64,000 nt of DNA from Raja brachyura (GCA_963514005.1 OY740820.1:17980001-18044000), one strand, 5' to 3'; positions 49,400 through 62,690 are shown, counted from the stretch's first letter. A program made the numbers and translations. Notes: a model not told the origin generated them from the letters alone.

Positions 49400-50619
49400 A
49401 ATGATCGATTGTTCCAGTTGATACAGAGATTGGCAGCTTTCTGCTTGAATGCTGACTGCAGAAGCATTCATTTCTCATACATTTGTGAGGTATATGCTTG
49501 TTCCAGCAGTGTTGTAATACTCGTTACTTGTTAAAACAAGCTACATTAACTAGAGATGTAATTACATTGTTAAGCTGTCAGCTTTCAAACTGAGCTGATT
49601 TTGAAAGATTCCAAAACTTCATCAACTGCCCAATTTAATTTCTCCTTTTGGAGTGTAATATTTCTCATGTTCATCAAAAGAGCTTGCTATTCATTTAAAA
49701 AAAAACTATTGGGTTCAGTGCAGTTACTCAGGGAAGGGATTTTACAAGCACTGCTTGGCCTGATATGTAGATGTAGTGGGCAATGCATCTATGTTCTTGA
49801 TGTCGGAATAGATTGTATCTTTCTCAAATTGCATCGGGGCCAGCGGGTTTTCTCAGTGTCCCATCATCATCTGTCAGTTTGCTTCATGTCCTTAATGAGT
49901 AGTGGCAGTTACAGAAAAGAATTGTCGACCGTGATGAGATTACTGCAGGTTTTATGAAGAAATGGCTTGCACTGATGGGAAATTCTATGTCTGGTGTAGA
50001 TCATAAATCAGTAATTCACTCAGAAATGGGGAACACTTCGAGAGCCCAAGAGACTATGCATTTGTATTAAATTGACATTTTATGTTGGGTGTTATGAATG
50101 TTTAAATTCTTGGCTCTTAAAGTTTCCCCTTTTCTTATTGACTTGCTGCAGGGGACAGTTTGTATCTAAGGTTAGTGCATGTGTTGGCATCCAAGCTTCA
50201 GCTACTAAATGGTTGGGAGACTGATTTTATTTATATTGTACATTTGGGGCTAAAATGTTGATTATGTTTGGCCAAAGAGCTTCTCATGTGTTCAGAAATA
50301 TTACCCAAGCGCTTGTGAGACTGACACTGGGAGCTCAGTAGACAGTATTGCATTCCTCAGGACTGATATACCGCACCTCAGTGATCATATATTTGACAAA
50401 CCACCAGATGGCAATTATTCATGCTTTATTCAATGGTTAATAATTTTCATCATGAGATAACAGTGAACAATCATGTTTCAAAAGAAGAACCAAGCAATTT
50501 AATACAATTAACTATTATGACTGTAGCTGTCAAGCAGTAAGAGAGCTGGTCGTATTCAGTAGTATGCAATATTAGGCAAGACTATTTTAGTTTTTTATGT
50601 GGATGTTGCCAGGACTTGA

Positions 50620-51020
50620 AGGCCTGAGCTATAAGGAGAGTTTGGGCTAGGACTTTGTTCCTTGGAGCGCAGGAGGCTGAGGGGTGATCTTGTATAAAGT
50701 CAAGTTAAGGATAGATAGGGTCTTTTACCCAGAGTAGAGGAAATCAAGAACCAGAGGATATAGGTTTAAGGTGAGAGGGGAAAGGTTCAATAGGAACCTG
50801 AGGGACATCATTTTCACACAGAGGGTAATGGGTATATGGGACGAGCTACCAAAGGAGGTAGTTGAGCCTGGTACTATAACAACATAAAGCACTTAGCAAG
50901 TACATGGAGAGTAAATGGATAAGGGCCAAACGCAGGCAGGTGGGACTAGCGTCGATGGGGCATCTTGGTTGGCATGGACAAATTGTGCCAAAGGGCCTGT
51001 TTCCATATTGTATCACTCTG
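50620..51020 (+). mobile_element. CR1/HER1 3' fragment
   Basis: ggcctgagctataaggagag...ggagcgcaggaggctgaggggtgatctt...aagggcctgtttcc. Confidence 0.85.
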
Positions 51021-51121
51021 TGTTTAATTGTCTTATGCACCAAGAACAGAATAATGAATTCTTACTTGCTGCAGCTTTTACAGGCACAGTAACGCAACAA
51101 CACAACAAATAAATACACAAT

Positions 51122-51380
51122 AAACGTTGACTTCTCTAATTTCAGCTAGTCCCTGCTTTCTCCTCCCCTTCCCAGCTCTCCCTCAGCCCACTGTCTCCGC
51201 CTCTTCCTTTCTTCTTCCCCCCACCCCCTCGCCCACCATCCTCACATCAGTCTGAAGAAGGGTCTCGACCCGAAACGCTGCCTATTTCATTCGCTCCATA
51301 GATGCTGCCTCACCCGCTGAGTTTCTCCAGCATTTTTGTCTACCTTCGATTTTCCAGCATCTGCAGTTCCTTCTTAAACA
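51122..51380 (+). mobile_element. Penelope-like element 3' end (ORF stop, pyrimidine-rich UTR, terminal repeat)
   Basis: ttgacttctctaatttcagctag matches the GIY-YIG frame end, followed by catcagtctgaagaagggtctcgacccgaaacg. Confidence 0.85.
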
Positions 51381-51718
51381 TGATCAATATATAAGCAGGC
51401 CATAAGAGTTCTAGTTGAAGCACGCAATATTGCCTTTTACTTTGTCTCGTTGCACACTCGACTATCTTGATGCCCCAGGTTTATTGTTGCCAATCTTGCT
51501 TGCAATTCTTTGATTATAATCCATGACATTATGAGGCAATGAATGCCACATGAGCAGACACATTGACAAATGTAAGGTTCCTATTATTTCATCACTACTT
51601 ACTTTCTCATGACCATCAATATTGGTACATTTCCCTTTTCAATCTTTGACTATTTAGATACATACAATGGAACGTGCCACATAATCAAGTTTAAATGCCG
51701 TAATGGTATTTAAAACGG

Positions 51719-51952
51719 TGTAGCAGGGACTCGCAAGCGTCCAGCCAACAACTAGTTGGACTCGAGTTGTGTGCACTAGACGTGTTTATTCTCTCCAATA
51801 CAGCTCCCTACTCCCTCTCGGTCACGGGCGTTGCCCGGCCTTAAATACCAACTCGGGTACCGACCCAGTGACTAGCGCCTCCCACACCAAGACGCCGCCC
51901 TCCAGAGCCGATGGTTCGTTGTGCCCGTTGGTTGCCACCAGGTGCGGCCACA
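51719..51952 (-). mobile_element. Probable solo LTR (234 bp)
   Basis: TGTAGC...GCCACA termini, minus-strand AATAAA (tttatt at about 51784) and TATTTAA, CpG-rich. Imperfect 4-bp TSD ACGG/AGGG. Confidence 0.6.
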
Positions 51953-52704
51953 AGGGTATTTGAAATGGAACTCCAAAAACCACAGCTTGGCAGATCTAAC
52001 ACTGGGTATAGACTTTCCTGTTGTTTTTTCCGGGTGTAGGCAGGCAGGCAGGATTGGAAACTTAACCCATACCAATAATTGGCAAGCCAGGTGGGGAATC
52101 ACCTCCTGAAGCCCAATCCTTTCCATTTCCAACTTTGATATGTACGCTAAAACACATGATCATAGTCAGATCATAGTCACCCCTTCCAATCTTCTTTGGC
52201 CCAGGGTCCTTTTATTTTATTATTTTTATTGTGCTTTAAACTGCTTTACATTTGTGTCTCCATGCAAGATACTAGATATATTTCCAATTGCTAGCCAATA
52301 CTAACGTACCTCTTCTGTGGAAAAAAAGATCCATGGCCAGATTTTGTACTAGGCATTAGTTATATCGCACTGCCAGACCTACAAATCCAGTCTTATATGA
52401 GAATGGGGTGTATTCCACGGCTAGGCTGGTTTAATTGATTCTATAATACAAAGAAGTATTATTTTACATGTAAGTACTTTCCTGTACAGCTGCCTTCTCT
52501 TTTACAAACTGCAACAAAATCTCCCCATTTACAAGGTGCTTCTAATCTAATTAGTATCTAATTGGAAGCAAATCCAAATTGTCTTTGTACTGCTTTAACT
52601 CTGGAGAGTTGGGCCAAAAGATCTCTGTATTTTGATCAATAGTAATGTTTTGAATAGTTGCAGACCTCCTGAAACATCTTGTAATGAGCATTATGTTACA
52701 TTAG

Positions 52705-52923
52705 CACACAGCAAACATGTCGACGGATCCAGTGCAGCCTGATAATGTACAAGACAAGTCCTGGCAGCAAGAGACAGGCACTACTGAACGAGCAAAAGAT
52801 GTAGTCTGCCAGTCAGAGGATATGAAAGTGGAAGTGACACCAATTGTTTCTGTGCAAGAACCATCTCCATTGGAGAGTCCCAGACTGGGGCCTGACATGG
52901 ATCTCTCCAGTGAGCTTTCAAAT
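52705..52923 (+). CDS. SCAPER: SCAPER coding exon (HTANMSTDPVQPD...GPDMDLSSELSN), poorly conserved acidic linker
   Basis: cattag|CAC ... TCA AAT|gtgagt. 219 nt, phase 0 to 0. It ends in DMDLSSELSN, comparable to mammalian EMDPSDISN. The donor is strong and the acceptor is less certain. Confidence 0.8.
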
Positions 52924-53719
52924 GTGAGTATGAAAAGAATGATGTGACTGCTTGCATGAAATAATGCTGAGTGACACAGCAGCAGCAGATTTGTTTTCAT
53001 GCATGTGTTTTAATAATATTATATTTAAATATTTCTCTTTGGTGCAAAACTTTGCAATGAAGTCCACATTTAAAAAAAATTTCTCCCCTCTTCAGCCAAT
53101 TCATCTTCGGATGTGTTTTGTATGAAATGCCCAATTAACTTGGTTTTATGTTTTTCTTTGGGGATGAATGATAATCAAAGACTCAATCTGAATGCCTTCC
53201 TTTCCTTAAAAAAAACCGACTATTATGATAGCTTTTACGTTCACGCATTAACATCTTAATGAAACCTCTGATGCAGCAGTTTTACCTCCATTCCTCTGAC
53301 ATCCCAAACGATGTTCACATATTGATTTGTGAGGTAAAGGCATCACCATACATAGAAGACTCTTTGAAAATGATCAGGAGGAAGACGGTGTCGTCTGTAT
53401 TATCTAATTTTATGCCTACAGCTGTAATTGAAAACAGCATATAGAATGGCAAAAGATTATTCATGGCAAAGAATAGAAACTTTGGAATCCAACTATAATC
53501 TTCAGGCTGCTTGTCAAATATTTTAAATATGGCTATTTTATTAGACCTTTTCCAGTTCACTATGATGTTATAACATGCATTTTTTTTGTCAGCCTTTTTA
53601 TTCTTTAACCCAAATGTAAGCAAACTGAAGCAGTATATTAATAGCAATAATAATATTTATAATAATAAATAATAAATACAAATAATAGTAATAGCAATAG
53701 TATATTAAGCAAACTGAAG

Positions 53720-53845
53720 AGGTATAGGGGGTTTAGAGAGAAGGCAGGTATGGGATACTGAGTTGGATGATCAGCCATGATCATATTGAATGGCGGTGCA
53801 GGCTCGAAGGGCCGAATGGCCTACTCCTGCACGTATTTTCTATGT
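53720..53845 (+). mobile_element. Short CR1 3' end
   Basis: gatcagccatgatcatattgaatggcggtgcaggctcgaagggccgaatggcctactcctgcac. Confidence 0.85.
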
Positions 53846-54624
53846 AAGACAATTGTATGTATTAATATTATAATATTGTATACATACATATTTACATTTA
53901 CTGTAAAGTAATATGGAGAGCATAACAGACAAACTAATATCAATGGGATTGAATACCACATGTTGATCATTGTTCCAAAACAAAATTTTTGTAATTATAA
54001 AAATGTGCTCATGATAATCTTTATGTTGTATGCAAATCCTCTTGCAATTAAGTTTTTTTTTCCACACCAGTTGCCCACTGCACGCTAGCTCTCAGTTATT
54101 TGTGCACAGCACTCAAATCCCTTTGAGCATAATCACTTCCCAATTTTCCATCATTTATAAAATATTCAGCATTTCTGTTTTATTTTAACTAACCCCATTC
54201 CTCCCCCACCCCCCCCCCCCCCCAATGGGGACACAAGAAATTGCAGGTGCTGGAACACAGTGCTGGAGTAACTTGGTGGGTCAGGCAGCATCTCTAGAAG
54301 ACATGGATAGATGTTTCGGGTTGGGGCCTTTCTTCAGACTAAAGTAAATCAAGTGAACATTGTTTGCAGGTGAGAGATAGGTGATTTAAAGGACATCTTT
54401 TGGGAAATTTTATTTTACACATAGATAGATTGGTTGATGTCTGCAACATGCTGCTGGAGGGTGTGGATATAATTACTATGTGAGATTTAGACAGTCTTAA
54501 GCAGCAAGGCATAGAATGATACGGTCCAATTTCTGGCAAGTAGGATTAGTGTAGATAGGCAAAAAGGTATGTGGGCTGAAGACCCAATTTCTGTGCTATA
54601 CTGAATGTCAAGTGTTTGATTACA

Positions 54625-55075
54625 GATACAAAATGCTGGAGTATCTCAGCGGGTGAGGGAGCATCTATGGAGAGAAGGAATGGGCGACGTTTCGGGTTGA
54701 GACCCTTCTTCAGATTGATACACGGGGAGGGGGCGGGACAAAGATAGAAAGTAGTTGGAGACAGTAAGACTAGGGGGAGAACTGGGAAGGGGATGGAGAG
54801 AGAAAGCATGGGCTATCTGAAGTTAGAGAAGTCAATGTTCATACTACTGGGGTGTAAGCTACCCAAGCGAAATATGAGGTGCTGTTCCTCCAATTTGCGC
54901 TGGGCCTCGCTCTGACAATGGAGGAGGCCCAGGACTGAAAAGTCAGATTGTGAATGGGAGGGGAAGTTGAAGTGCTCAGCCATCGGGAAATCAAGTAGGT
55001 TAAGACTGGCTGAGTGGAGGTGTTCAGTGAAACGATCGCCAAGCCTGCTCTTGGTCTCACCGATGTAGAGAAGTT
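54625..55075 (-). mobile_element. Penelope-like retroelement 3' part: open GIY-YIG frame (55073 to 54813), UTR and terminal repeat with intact hammerhead-like core (54686-54713)
   Basis: Manual translation gives LLYIGETKSRLGDRFTEHLHSASLNLLDFPMAEHFNFPSHSQSDFSVLGLLHCQSEAQRKLEEQHLIFRLGSLHPSSMNIDFSNFR*. It shows the YIGET, R..EH, E and N motifs of the PLE GIY-YIG endonuclease. Confidence 0.9.
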
Positions 55076-55769
55076 GATTATCATATTGTTTATTATTAAT
55101 TAGGTCTAGCTCCGGAGGTGGGTGAAAAAGTTGAAGGGTGTGGAAATGGGGTTAATACATTGGTGTGGACTGAGGGTTTTTATTATTTACTGATTGTCTT
55201 GTTATAATTTTCCTTATTATCGATTCCAGCATTCTTCTCACTCCCTTCATAAAGCTAATAGGTTGTTTTCTCACCTGCATTTCTTAAAGATCATTCGCTA
55301 CCCTCCAATCTGGAAGAACCATTGCAGAACCTATAGAGTTTTGGAAGATGATAACTAGAGTATCCACCAACTCCATAAACACCTCTTTCAAAACTCTAGG
55401 ATGTAAACCATTGCTCATTATATACTGGAGAAATTAATAACATTGATCTCTTGTACTTCCTCATTGGCAAAGAACTCTTGCTTTTCCAATACTTCAGAAA
55501 CTGTATTGATTTCCCATGCCAACTCCTTATTTCCCATTGTAAATTCTCCCACCTCCATCTGTATGGGGCCCCTCTGGTAGTTTGTCATTGTTAGTCATTT
55601 CCTTTTTCCATGCCTTCCAAATTTTTTTGTGTGTTTTTATTTATCTTGCGGGCTTACTGTCACTTCTGTTGTTTCTGGTTACCTTGTTGATTTAGAAGAT
55701 GGTCCCAATATTCAACTGCTGGTTCAATTTATTCAATTTATCTTGCTCTATTTCTGAACTGCTATTTGG

Positions 55770-55932
55770 AGGCTGCTAGATAGGGCTCTTAAAAATAGCG
55801 GAGTCAGGGGATATGGGGAGAAGGCAGGAACAGGGTACTGATTGGGGATGACCAGCCATGATCACATGGAATGGCGGTGCTGTCTCGAAGGGCGGAATGG
55901 CCTACTCCTGCATCTATTGTCTATTGTCTATT
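55770..55932 (+). mobile_element. Short CR1 3' end with (CTATTGT)n tail
   Basis: ggggatatggggagaaggcagg...gcctactcctgcatctattgtctattgtctattg. Confidence 0.85.
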
Positions 55933-56407
55933 GGCTGATATAACAACTCCCGTTAGTGTTTTATGTCCTCTGCTGCTTTTTAACTACAGCCAAACCGATT
56001 CTAATTCTATATTAGGTTCCCCTAGGCCCGTTCCTTTAGTGTGACTGTACAAATACCATATTTTATTAACCGTGTAACACCATCTCACTGTCCTTTCTAT
56101 TTGTCATTCTTAAATGCATTCTGTGATACCCACAAAATCTTATGGGTCATGAATTGATGAGTTTGCTGCAAAATAGTTAGCTATAAATTAAATTCATGTT
56201 TCTCTATCACAATGTCCTACAATTTCAACAGCTTTTTACCTTTTCTTGAAGAAACAGAGGTTTATGATCCTTTTCCCAAGAATTTAATTTCCTTTGCAAT
56301 CCATGGGTGAACCACATTTTCTGTTGTTTCTTTGTGCCCTGAAATGAATGTATATTTGTTGCTAATCGTGCATTATTTCTTGAAATGCAAGCCATGATCT
56401 TTAATGT

Positions 56408-56646
56408 GTAAGAAGGAACTGCAGATGCTGGTTTAAACTGGAGATAGACAAAAAAAAAGCTGAAGTAACTCAGCGTGTCGTACAGCATCTCTGGAGAAAA
56501 GGAATAGGTGACAATTCGGGTCGAGACCCTTCTTCTGAAGGCAAAGGACTTCATCTGAAGAAGGGTCTCGACCCAAAATGTCATCTATTTCTTTTCTCCT
56601 GAGATGCTGTCTGACCCGCTGAGTTACACCAGCTTTTTGTGTCTAT
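56408..56646. mobile_element. Fold-back PLE-derived element
   Basis: 16-bp perfect TSD CCATGATCTTTAATGT at 56392-56407 and 56647-56662. Inverted arms of about 90 bp. Confidence 0.87.
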
Positions 56647-58434
56647 CCATGATCTTTAATGTTTTTCCATTCTACCACAACCAACCTGTGAAGGTTTCTA
56701 GTCTCAATAGATGTAGAAATAAAATGGTCATCAAGCCTTGCAAAGGCATGAGAGATGTGGGCAGCAACATTGCCAGTGGTAAACTATGTTTTCATTTCAA
56801 ACCATGTCTGCAAATGTATGGGAGGGGGATGGAAAGAATTGAAAGGAAATCAGAGTAGATTATGGAACAGGATGGAGCCATTATTAATCTTTACAAGCCC
56901 TCTGGTACTTGGCAAAATGAAAGCCTCCTCTTTATTAATAGAACACCTAATTTTCAGGCCTCCAACCAGTCGACAGGAGTCTTTTATTGCCTTGTGGGGA
57001 ATTAGTGTAGATTACTGCTGAACTATTGTAACATACTTTGGGTTGCGCCAAGTTCCTGAGGACCAAGCCATGTAGAAGCTGTGCTGAATATAAAACAGCA
57101 ACCTTTGAATATTATTGAGCTGCATTTGTCGTTGATTTGTATCCTTTAAGGTCTAATTGTTAATACTCTGTGGACCTTTTGTACATCTAATTGGCTCTTT
57201 AGAGGATTGTCATTTAATGGGTTAATGAGTGCTAAGTACCAAGAATTTAGTCTCGGGCTCTCTTCAAGATGGAATTGCCAATACCTATGCTAAAATTTGA
57301 AGGCCTATTTAAAATATGAAGATTAATTGCAATTTAATTGTCTACGAGACTATTACAAATTAAAAAAGGCTGCAGGTTCTGTGCGGCATTAGAAAGTATA
57401 TTTAAGGGGCTTCAGATAAGAAAATGTGTGTGAATACAAGTAACAGAAGTCAGGTTAATTCATGACAAATGCTTTCTCATTTTCTCAATTATTATTTATT
57501 AATGGAATTATCCCACATTTATTTAAAAGCAAAAATTAAGTTACACATTAACCATGAAGTGTTTTATATGGTTGCTTCTAGCTTTATGACATCTCCCATT
57601 TATTTTATATATGCACATGTACACCACTAACGTATTTATGCTAAAGATGTTTTAGAATATAAAGATATTTGTGTGAATTTGAAATGTGCTCTGTAGATAT
57701 GTTTAAATTGAAAGCATCCGGCTGGTTCATTTGGTGGTACCTTCACTTCTGGGTCAGAACACTTAAGCCCCATATCATGTTTAATCTTATAATCTAAACT
57801 AATGTGCAAGTCCTGCATGATCTGAGGCGCCGTGCCATGGATGAGATGTTAAATTGTTAGTCTGATTCCTAGTTCATGTGGAGGTCAACTGATTTTGGTA
57901 ATATTCAGTCGAAGGCGAGGAATTTCAGCAAATGAATTTCTCTCCACCAATTGACTGGGCATTTGCTTTCTCTGGCCCTTTCTGAGCCATCAAATGCAAA
58001 GTGCAGCATTGTTGAAGTTTGAGGGAGAGTCATGTCAGGAAGGAATGAATTTTAACATAAAGGATAGTGGTGCGTTTGCATTGTTCTTCCCCCAAACATC
58101 TGTTGAGGTTAGAGGTGAGAAGCTGTGTGGGTCACAACTGAGATTGGTATTTGTTAGGCTCAGTAGGTAAGGGTCACTGACCCAAGTCGAGTGAATGGAG
58201 TTAATCTAATTGAATGGGTGGAACATGTTTGATGATGAATGGTCTACCCCTTTACCTTGTTTCACAGAAGGGTTACTGTACTAACTAACAATGGCCATTC
58301 AGCTGTCCTGTCAATACTGGCTGTATGTACGAAGAATCTAGCTAAACTCCAATGTTTAAACTCCAAATTTACAATGCTTAAGCAGCTGAACTACTACTTT
58401 ACAAACACCTACTTTCTTCTTGTGCTCTTTGCTA

Positions 58435-58730
58435 GTTGAGTTTAGAGATGCAGCGTGTAAACAGGCCCTTCTGCGCACTGACTCCACACAGACTATTGAT
58501 TACCCGTTCACACTTGTTCCACACACTAGCGGCAATTTTACAAAGGCTAATTAACCCACAAAGCCGCACAGCTTTGGGATGTGGGAGGAAACTGGAGCGC
58601 CCGGAAGAAATCTACACGGTCACAGGGAGAACGTGCAAACTCCACGCAGACAGCACCCGAGGAAAGGATCGAACCTGTGTCTCTGGTGCTGTGAAATAGC
58701 AGCTCCACCAGCCTGCGCCACTGTGCCTCC
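58435..58730 (-). mobile_element. HE1-type V-SINE
   Basis: tttagagatgcagcg...tttgggatgtgggaggaaactggagc...ggatcgaacc...gcgccactgtgcc. Confidence 0.85.
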
Positions 58731-59449
58731 ATTATTAGGCCCAGAATCTTGTGTGCTGTTACTCATTTTTTTTTCAACATGCCCCGCCACTTTCAACACA
58801 CTTTGCACACATTGTTGTAGTTATTTTTTGTAAAGCAAACTCCCATGCACAGTTATGAGGAAATTATTATGGGCTGGTTCTTTTGAAGAATGCATGAATT
58901 ATTGTTTTGGGAACCTCTAATAACTAAGGAGCTGGGGAAAGTATTGGAGGAAATATATTTATAAGACAATATTGCAACACAAGATTCCAGATAACTGAAG
59001 ATTGAATATGTTTGGAATAGTAATCCCTAATCTAGGATGCATCACTGCATGTGGGGGTGATAGTTATGGTGCATGATACTGGTATTATAGGCGTTAGCGA
59101 AGCTTCAATAACTTTAGGGTAATTTGGTAAGAAAATTCACAGAAAAAAATAAAGCTAAATATGGTCCCAGCTGAGGTGGTATTAACTGCAGAGCCTTAAA
59201 AGAAGTGCTCTGTGATGTTGTTCGGCATTTATGATTGGAGGTAAATGCGGTGGAGTGTATATTTCACAATGCATTAATAAATGAAGCTTTCATTCCTAAA
59301 ATGGTTGTAAACCACTACTTTAGAACATGGGATCATTTGATTAAAAATAGGAATTTGTATTCATGATTTCATGTAACTGTAATACAAATAACTGAAAGCT
59401 GTGTCACTTGCTAAATTGGGTAGGTTGATGATGTGATAAAAATCAGCTG

Positions 59450-60950
59450 CTGGATAAGTAATATAAAAACAAAAAATACTAGAAGTAGCAGGTCATGACA
59501 GGAAAAGGAACCGTTGACATTTCAAGTCTAAAACCACTAGAACTGGGACGGAGAGAAACTTGTTAAATTGTATTGAAAGTGTGGGAGCAATGGGTATCTG
59601 ATGTGGGGAAAACTGCTGTGACTGGAGGTAAAGTGAGTGAATGCGAGCAGTGAAAGTGTAAGAATATAGGCAAATGAATAGGAAATATATTTGATTAAGA
59701 AGGAACTGCAGATGCTGGAAAATCGAAGGTACACAAAAATGCTGGAGAAACTCAGTGGGTGAGGCAGCATCTATGGAGAGAAGGAAATGGCGACGTTTCG
59801 GGTACTGCCTTACCCGCTGAGATGCTGCCTTACCCAAATGCTGGAGTGTCTCCAGCATTTTTTGTCTCCCTTCGATTTTTCCAGCATCTGCAGTTCTTTC
59901 TTCAGCAGGAAAGACGAGAATGTAGGAGTTCCGATAAGCAGAGTACTCAGGTGTGAAATAAAGGGAGAAAAAACAAACAAGCTGTGCCTAGTTATATGGA
60001 GTTGTAGAATTCAACATTGAGTCGAGAAGGCTGCAATGTGGTCAGATGGATGTGGTCGTAGTCCTCAAGCTTGGATTGGGCCTTATTATAACAGCATAGG
60101 AGACCACAAAACCATTAGTTCAGAATAGGAGTGGGAAGGAAGATTATAAAGTGGCAGGCATTAGGAATTTCCGGATCTGACTGAACATAAGTTCTCCACT
60201 AGGCAGTCATCCAATTTGCATTAGTTATTGAAGTAGTGGGCACCACATTGGGAATACTGAATGCAACACACTTGCTCGGAAGAAGTATAAGTGAATTGCT
60301 GCGTCATGTGGAAAGACTGTGTATGTCCTTGATGGGAAGGGAAGAGAAGGGAGATCAAGTGTTGCATCACCTCCATTAGCAAAGGAAAGTGCAGTATGTA
60401 AGCAGTGGTTGGTGGAACAGATGAGTGGACCAGGGAGTCGCAAAAGGAAACATTCCCAACAAAACGCTGAAAGGGAACGAGGGGAAGATGATTCTGGGTT
60501 GTGGAATCTCTTTGAAGATAACGGAGATGATTAATTGAATGTTGAGGCTGGTGGGATGGGAAGTGAAGACCAGGGGAACTCTCCGTTCCTTGGAGAGGAG
60601 AGGGGGTGTGAGCAGAACACAAGAAATTATGATCTGCAGTTAAGGCTTTGTCAACAATGGTAAAGGGGAAGTCCCGGTTCAGGGAGAACGGTAATATTTT
60701 ACAGGGACCTGGACTGAAAGTCTCATCATTAGAGAAAATACTATTGTGATGGAGGATCTGAGAGAATGGAAAAGAGTCCTTACACGATGCAGGTTAGGGC
60801 AAGAGTAGTCAATAATGCTGTGCGAGTCGGTGGGCTGTAATGGATGTTCATACCTAACATTGCCTGAGATAGAGACAAAAAAAAGCAAGGGAGGAGTCAG
60901 AAATGGTCATGTGAAGAGGAGAACATTGTTGAAATTGAATCGATGACTAT
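59450..60950 (-). mobile_element. Old degraded Penelope-like element with a younger fold-back PLE piece nested at about 59697-59903
   Basis: The ORF remnant LRYLQRDSTTQNH...FCDSLVHSS...QQFTYTSSEQVCCIQYSQCGAHY resembles the PLE RT-to-GIY-YIG linker. The nested unit has inverted aaggaactgcagatgctgg arms. Confidence 0.75.
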
Positions 60951-62585
60951 TTTATCCACTTAGTTACCTTTTTCCTGACCTGTGGGACATGTTATTCTGC
61001 TTTGCACTATGCAGTTAACTTTTCTTTTGTCTATAGTCCCACTGTCCAAGTACTTCCATTCACTCATTGACCAGATAACTTGTTTGCTGTGTATCCCATG
61101 ACAACCCTACTTTTTTGCCCTATTAAAAAAAATCTCTCCTCCTCCACCCACCCTCAGTTTAATAAGTTTATTTTTTTGCTTCCCCAATCTGACAAAGGCT
61201 CTCTGACCTGAAGCATTAACTCTGTTCCCCTTCTCACTAAGTATTTCCTGCATTTTCTGATGCAGTGATAAGGTTTTCTAGCTGGTCCTAATGTCCATAG
61301 TTCCAATAGCAGGCTTGAGTACCACATCCAGGGATTGTAAAAAATAACTGATTCCACCATTAAAACAATGGCAGTGGGAATTTTGGCTCAGTTTGGCGTT
61401 GCGTTGGAACTTACTGCGGACATATCTATATCCACTGGTTCTTAGTTCTGTCAGTGGGAGCGGTTGTTTTCCATTTACATTGCCTATATCATTCATTATT
61501 TTAGATATTTTCATCAGATTCCCTCGCAATCATGAACTAGGGAAAGCAACCCCAGAGTCTCTAGCCTATTCTCACAACCAAAGATGTCATCCCAAGGAGC
61601 ATTTTCCTCATTCTTTACTTCACCCTCTCTTAAGCTTTTACATCTTTCACAAAGAGCGGTGTCCAGAATTTTACTGGATGCCACACATCAAATTATGTGA
61701 AGAATACACATTTTGAATAATAGTTTTGTCTGTTCACTGTTCCTCACTTTTTCTTTATATGTTATTGAATATATATCACTGTGGTGAATAATTAACTATT
61801 GCTTGTCAACGTGATTTATTCCAGCACACTTTGCAGAGAGTAGCAATAGATGCGATGAGCAGAGATGTACTGAAAAGTTATTTGAGATATTAGCAACTAG
61901 TATAATGTCTTTTTCATTGTTACAGTTTGAGTGTTTCTTAGGGAACATCCCTGTAACACTATCAGTGATGAGATCATCCTGAATTTACTATGCGGAAAAA
62001 TTGAGGCTATTCGCATGACAGTACTCAAGTAATATATCTGATTTTGTCTGTTGCGAGAACATTCCTATAAGTTGAATTACTAGAAGAATTAAATTAAAAC
62101 CTTGGGGCATTGAATAGATTCATTGTTATTTCCTTATCATTTACTTTGACTGAAGATTGGCTTTGTGGCACGATAAAAAATTCTGTCAAAATAAATAACA
62201 AATAACATTTTAAGGTGTCTGGAATACAATGTATGGGTTAATTGTTCCCATACAAAATAGCTCTCTTCTAACTACACCATGCCATTTTCCTCCTCTTGAT
62301 ATTATGTTAAGGGTACAAGGCTCATTTTCGCTACATTTAGCACATTAAAAGCAAATCCAATGGAGGAATTAAATATTTGTTTACATTTGTGCTTTGACCA
62401 TGTCACAGTCAAACACCTGAAGTTATTTTAGTTGAATAATTCAGGTCTTTATAACGGCAATATGGTTCTGATTGGCCATAACTTTGTTTTACTTGGGAAG
62501 GTTGAGTGAAGAGTTGAGAACCAGATAGTGAAGGTCATGACTACAGTTTAAAAAAAAACAGATAGGACAGAGAGTGCAAAGAGAG

Positions 62586-62690
62586 TTTAAGAAGGAACTG
62601 CAGATGCTGGAAAAACGAAGGTAGACAAAGGTGCTGGAGAAACTCAGCGGGTGCAGCAGCATCTAAGGAGAAAATAGAGTGCAATCCAAG
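62586..62690 (-). mobile_element. Truncated PLE terminal piece
   Basis: 14-bp direct repeat GAGTGCAAAGAGAG at 62572-62585 and 62691-62704. Confidence 0.8.
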
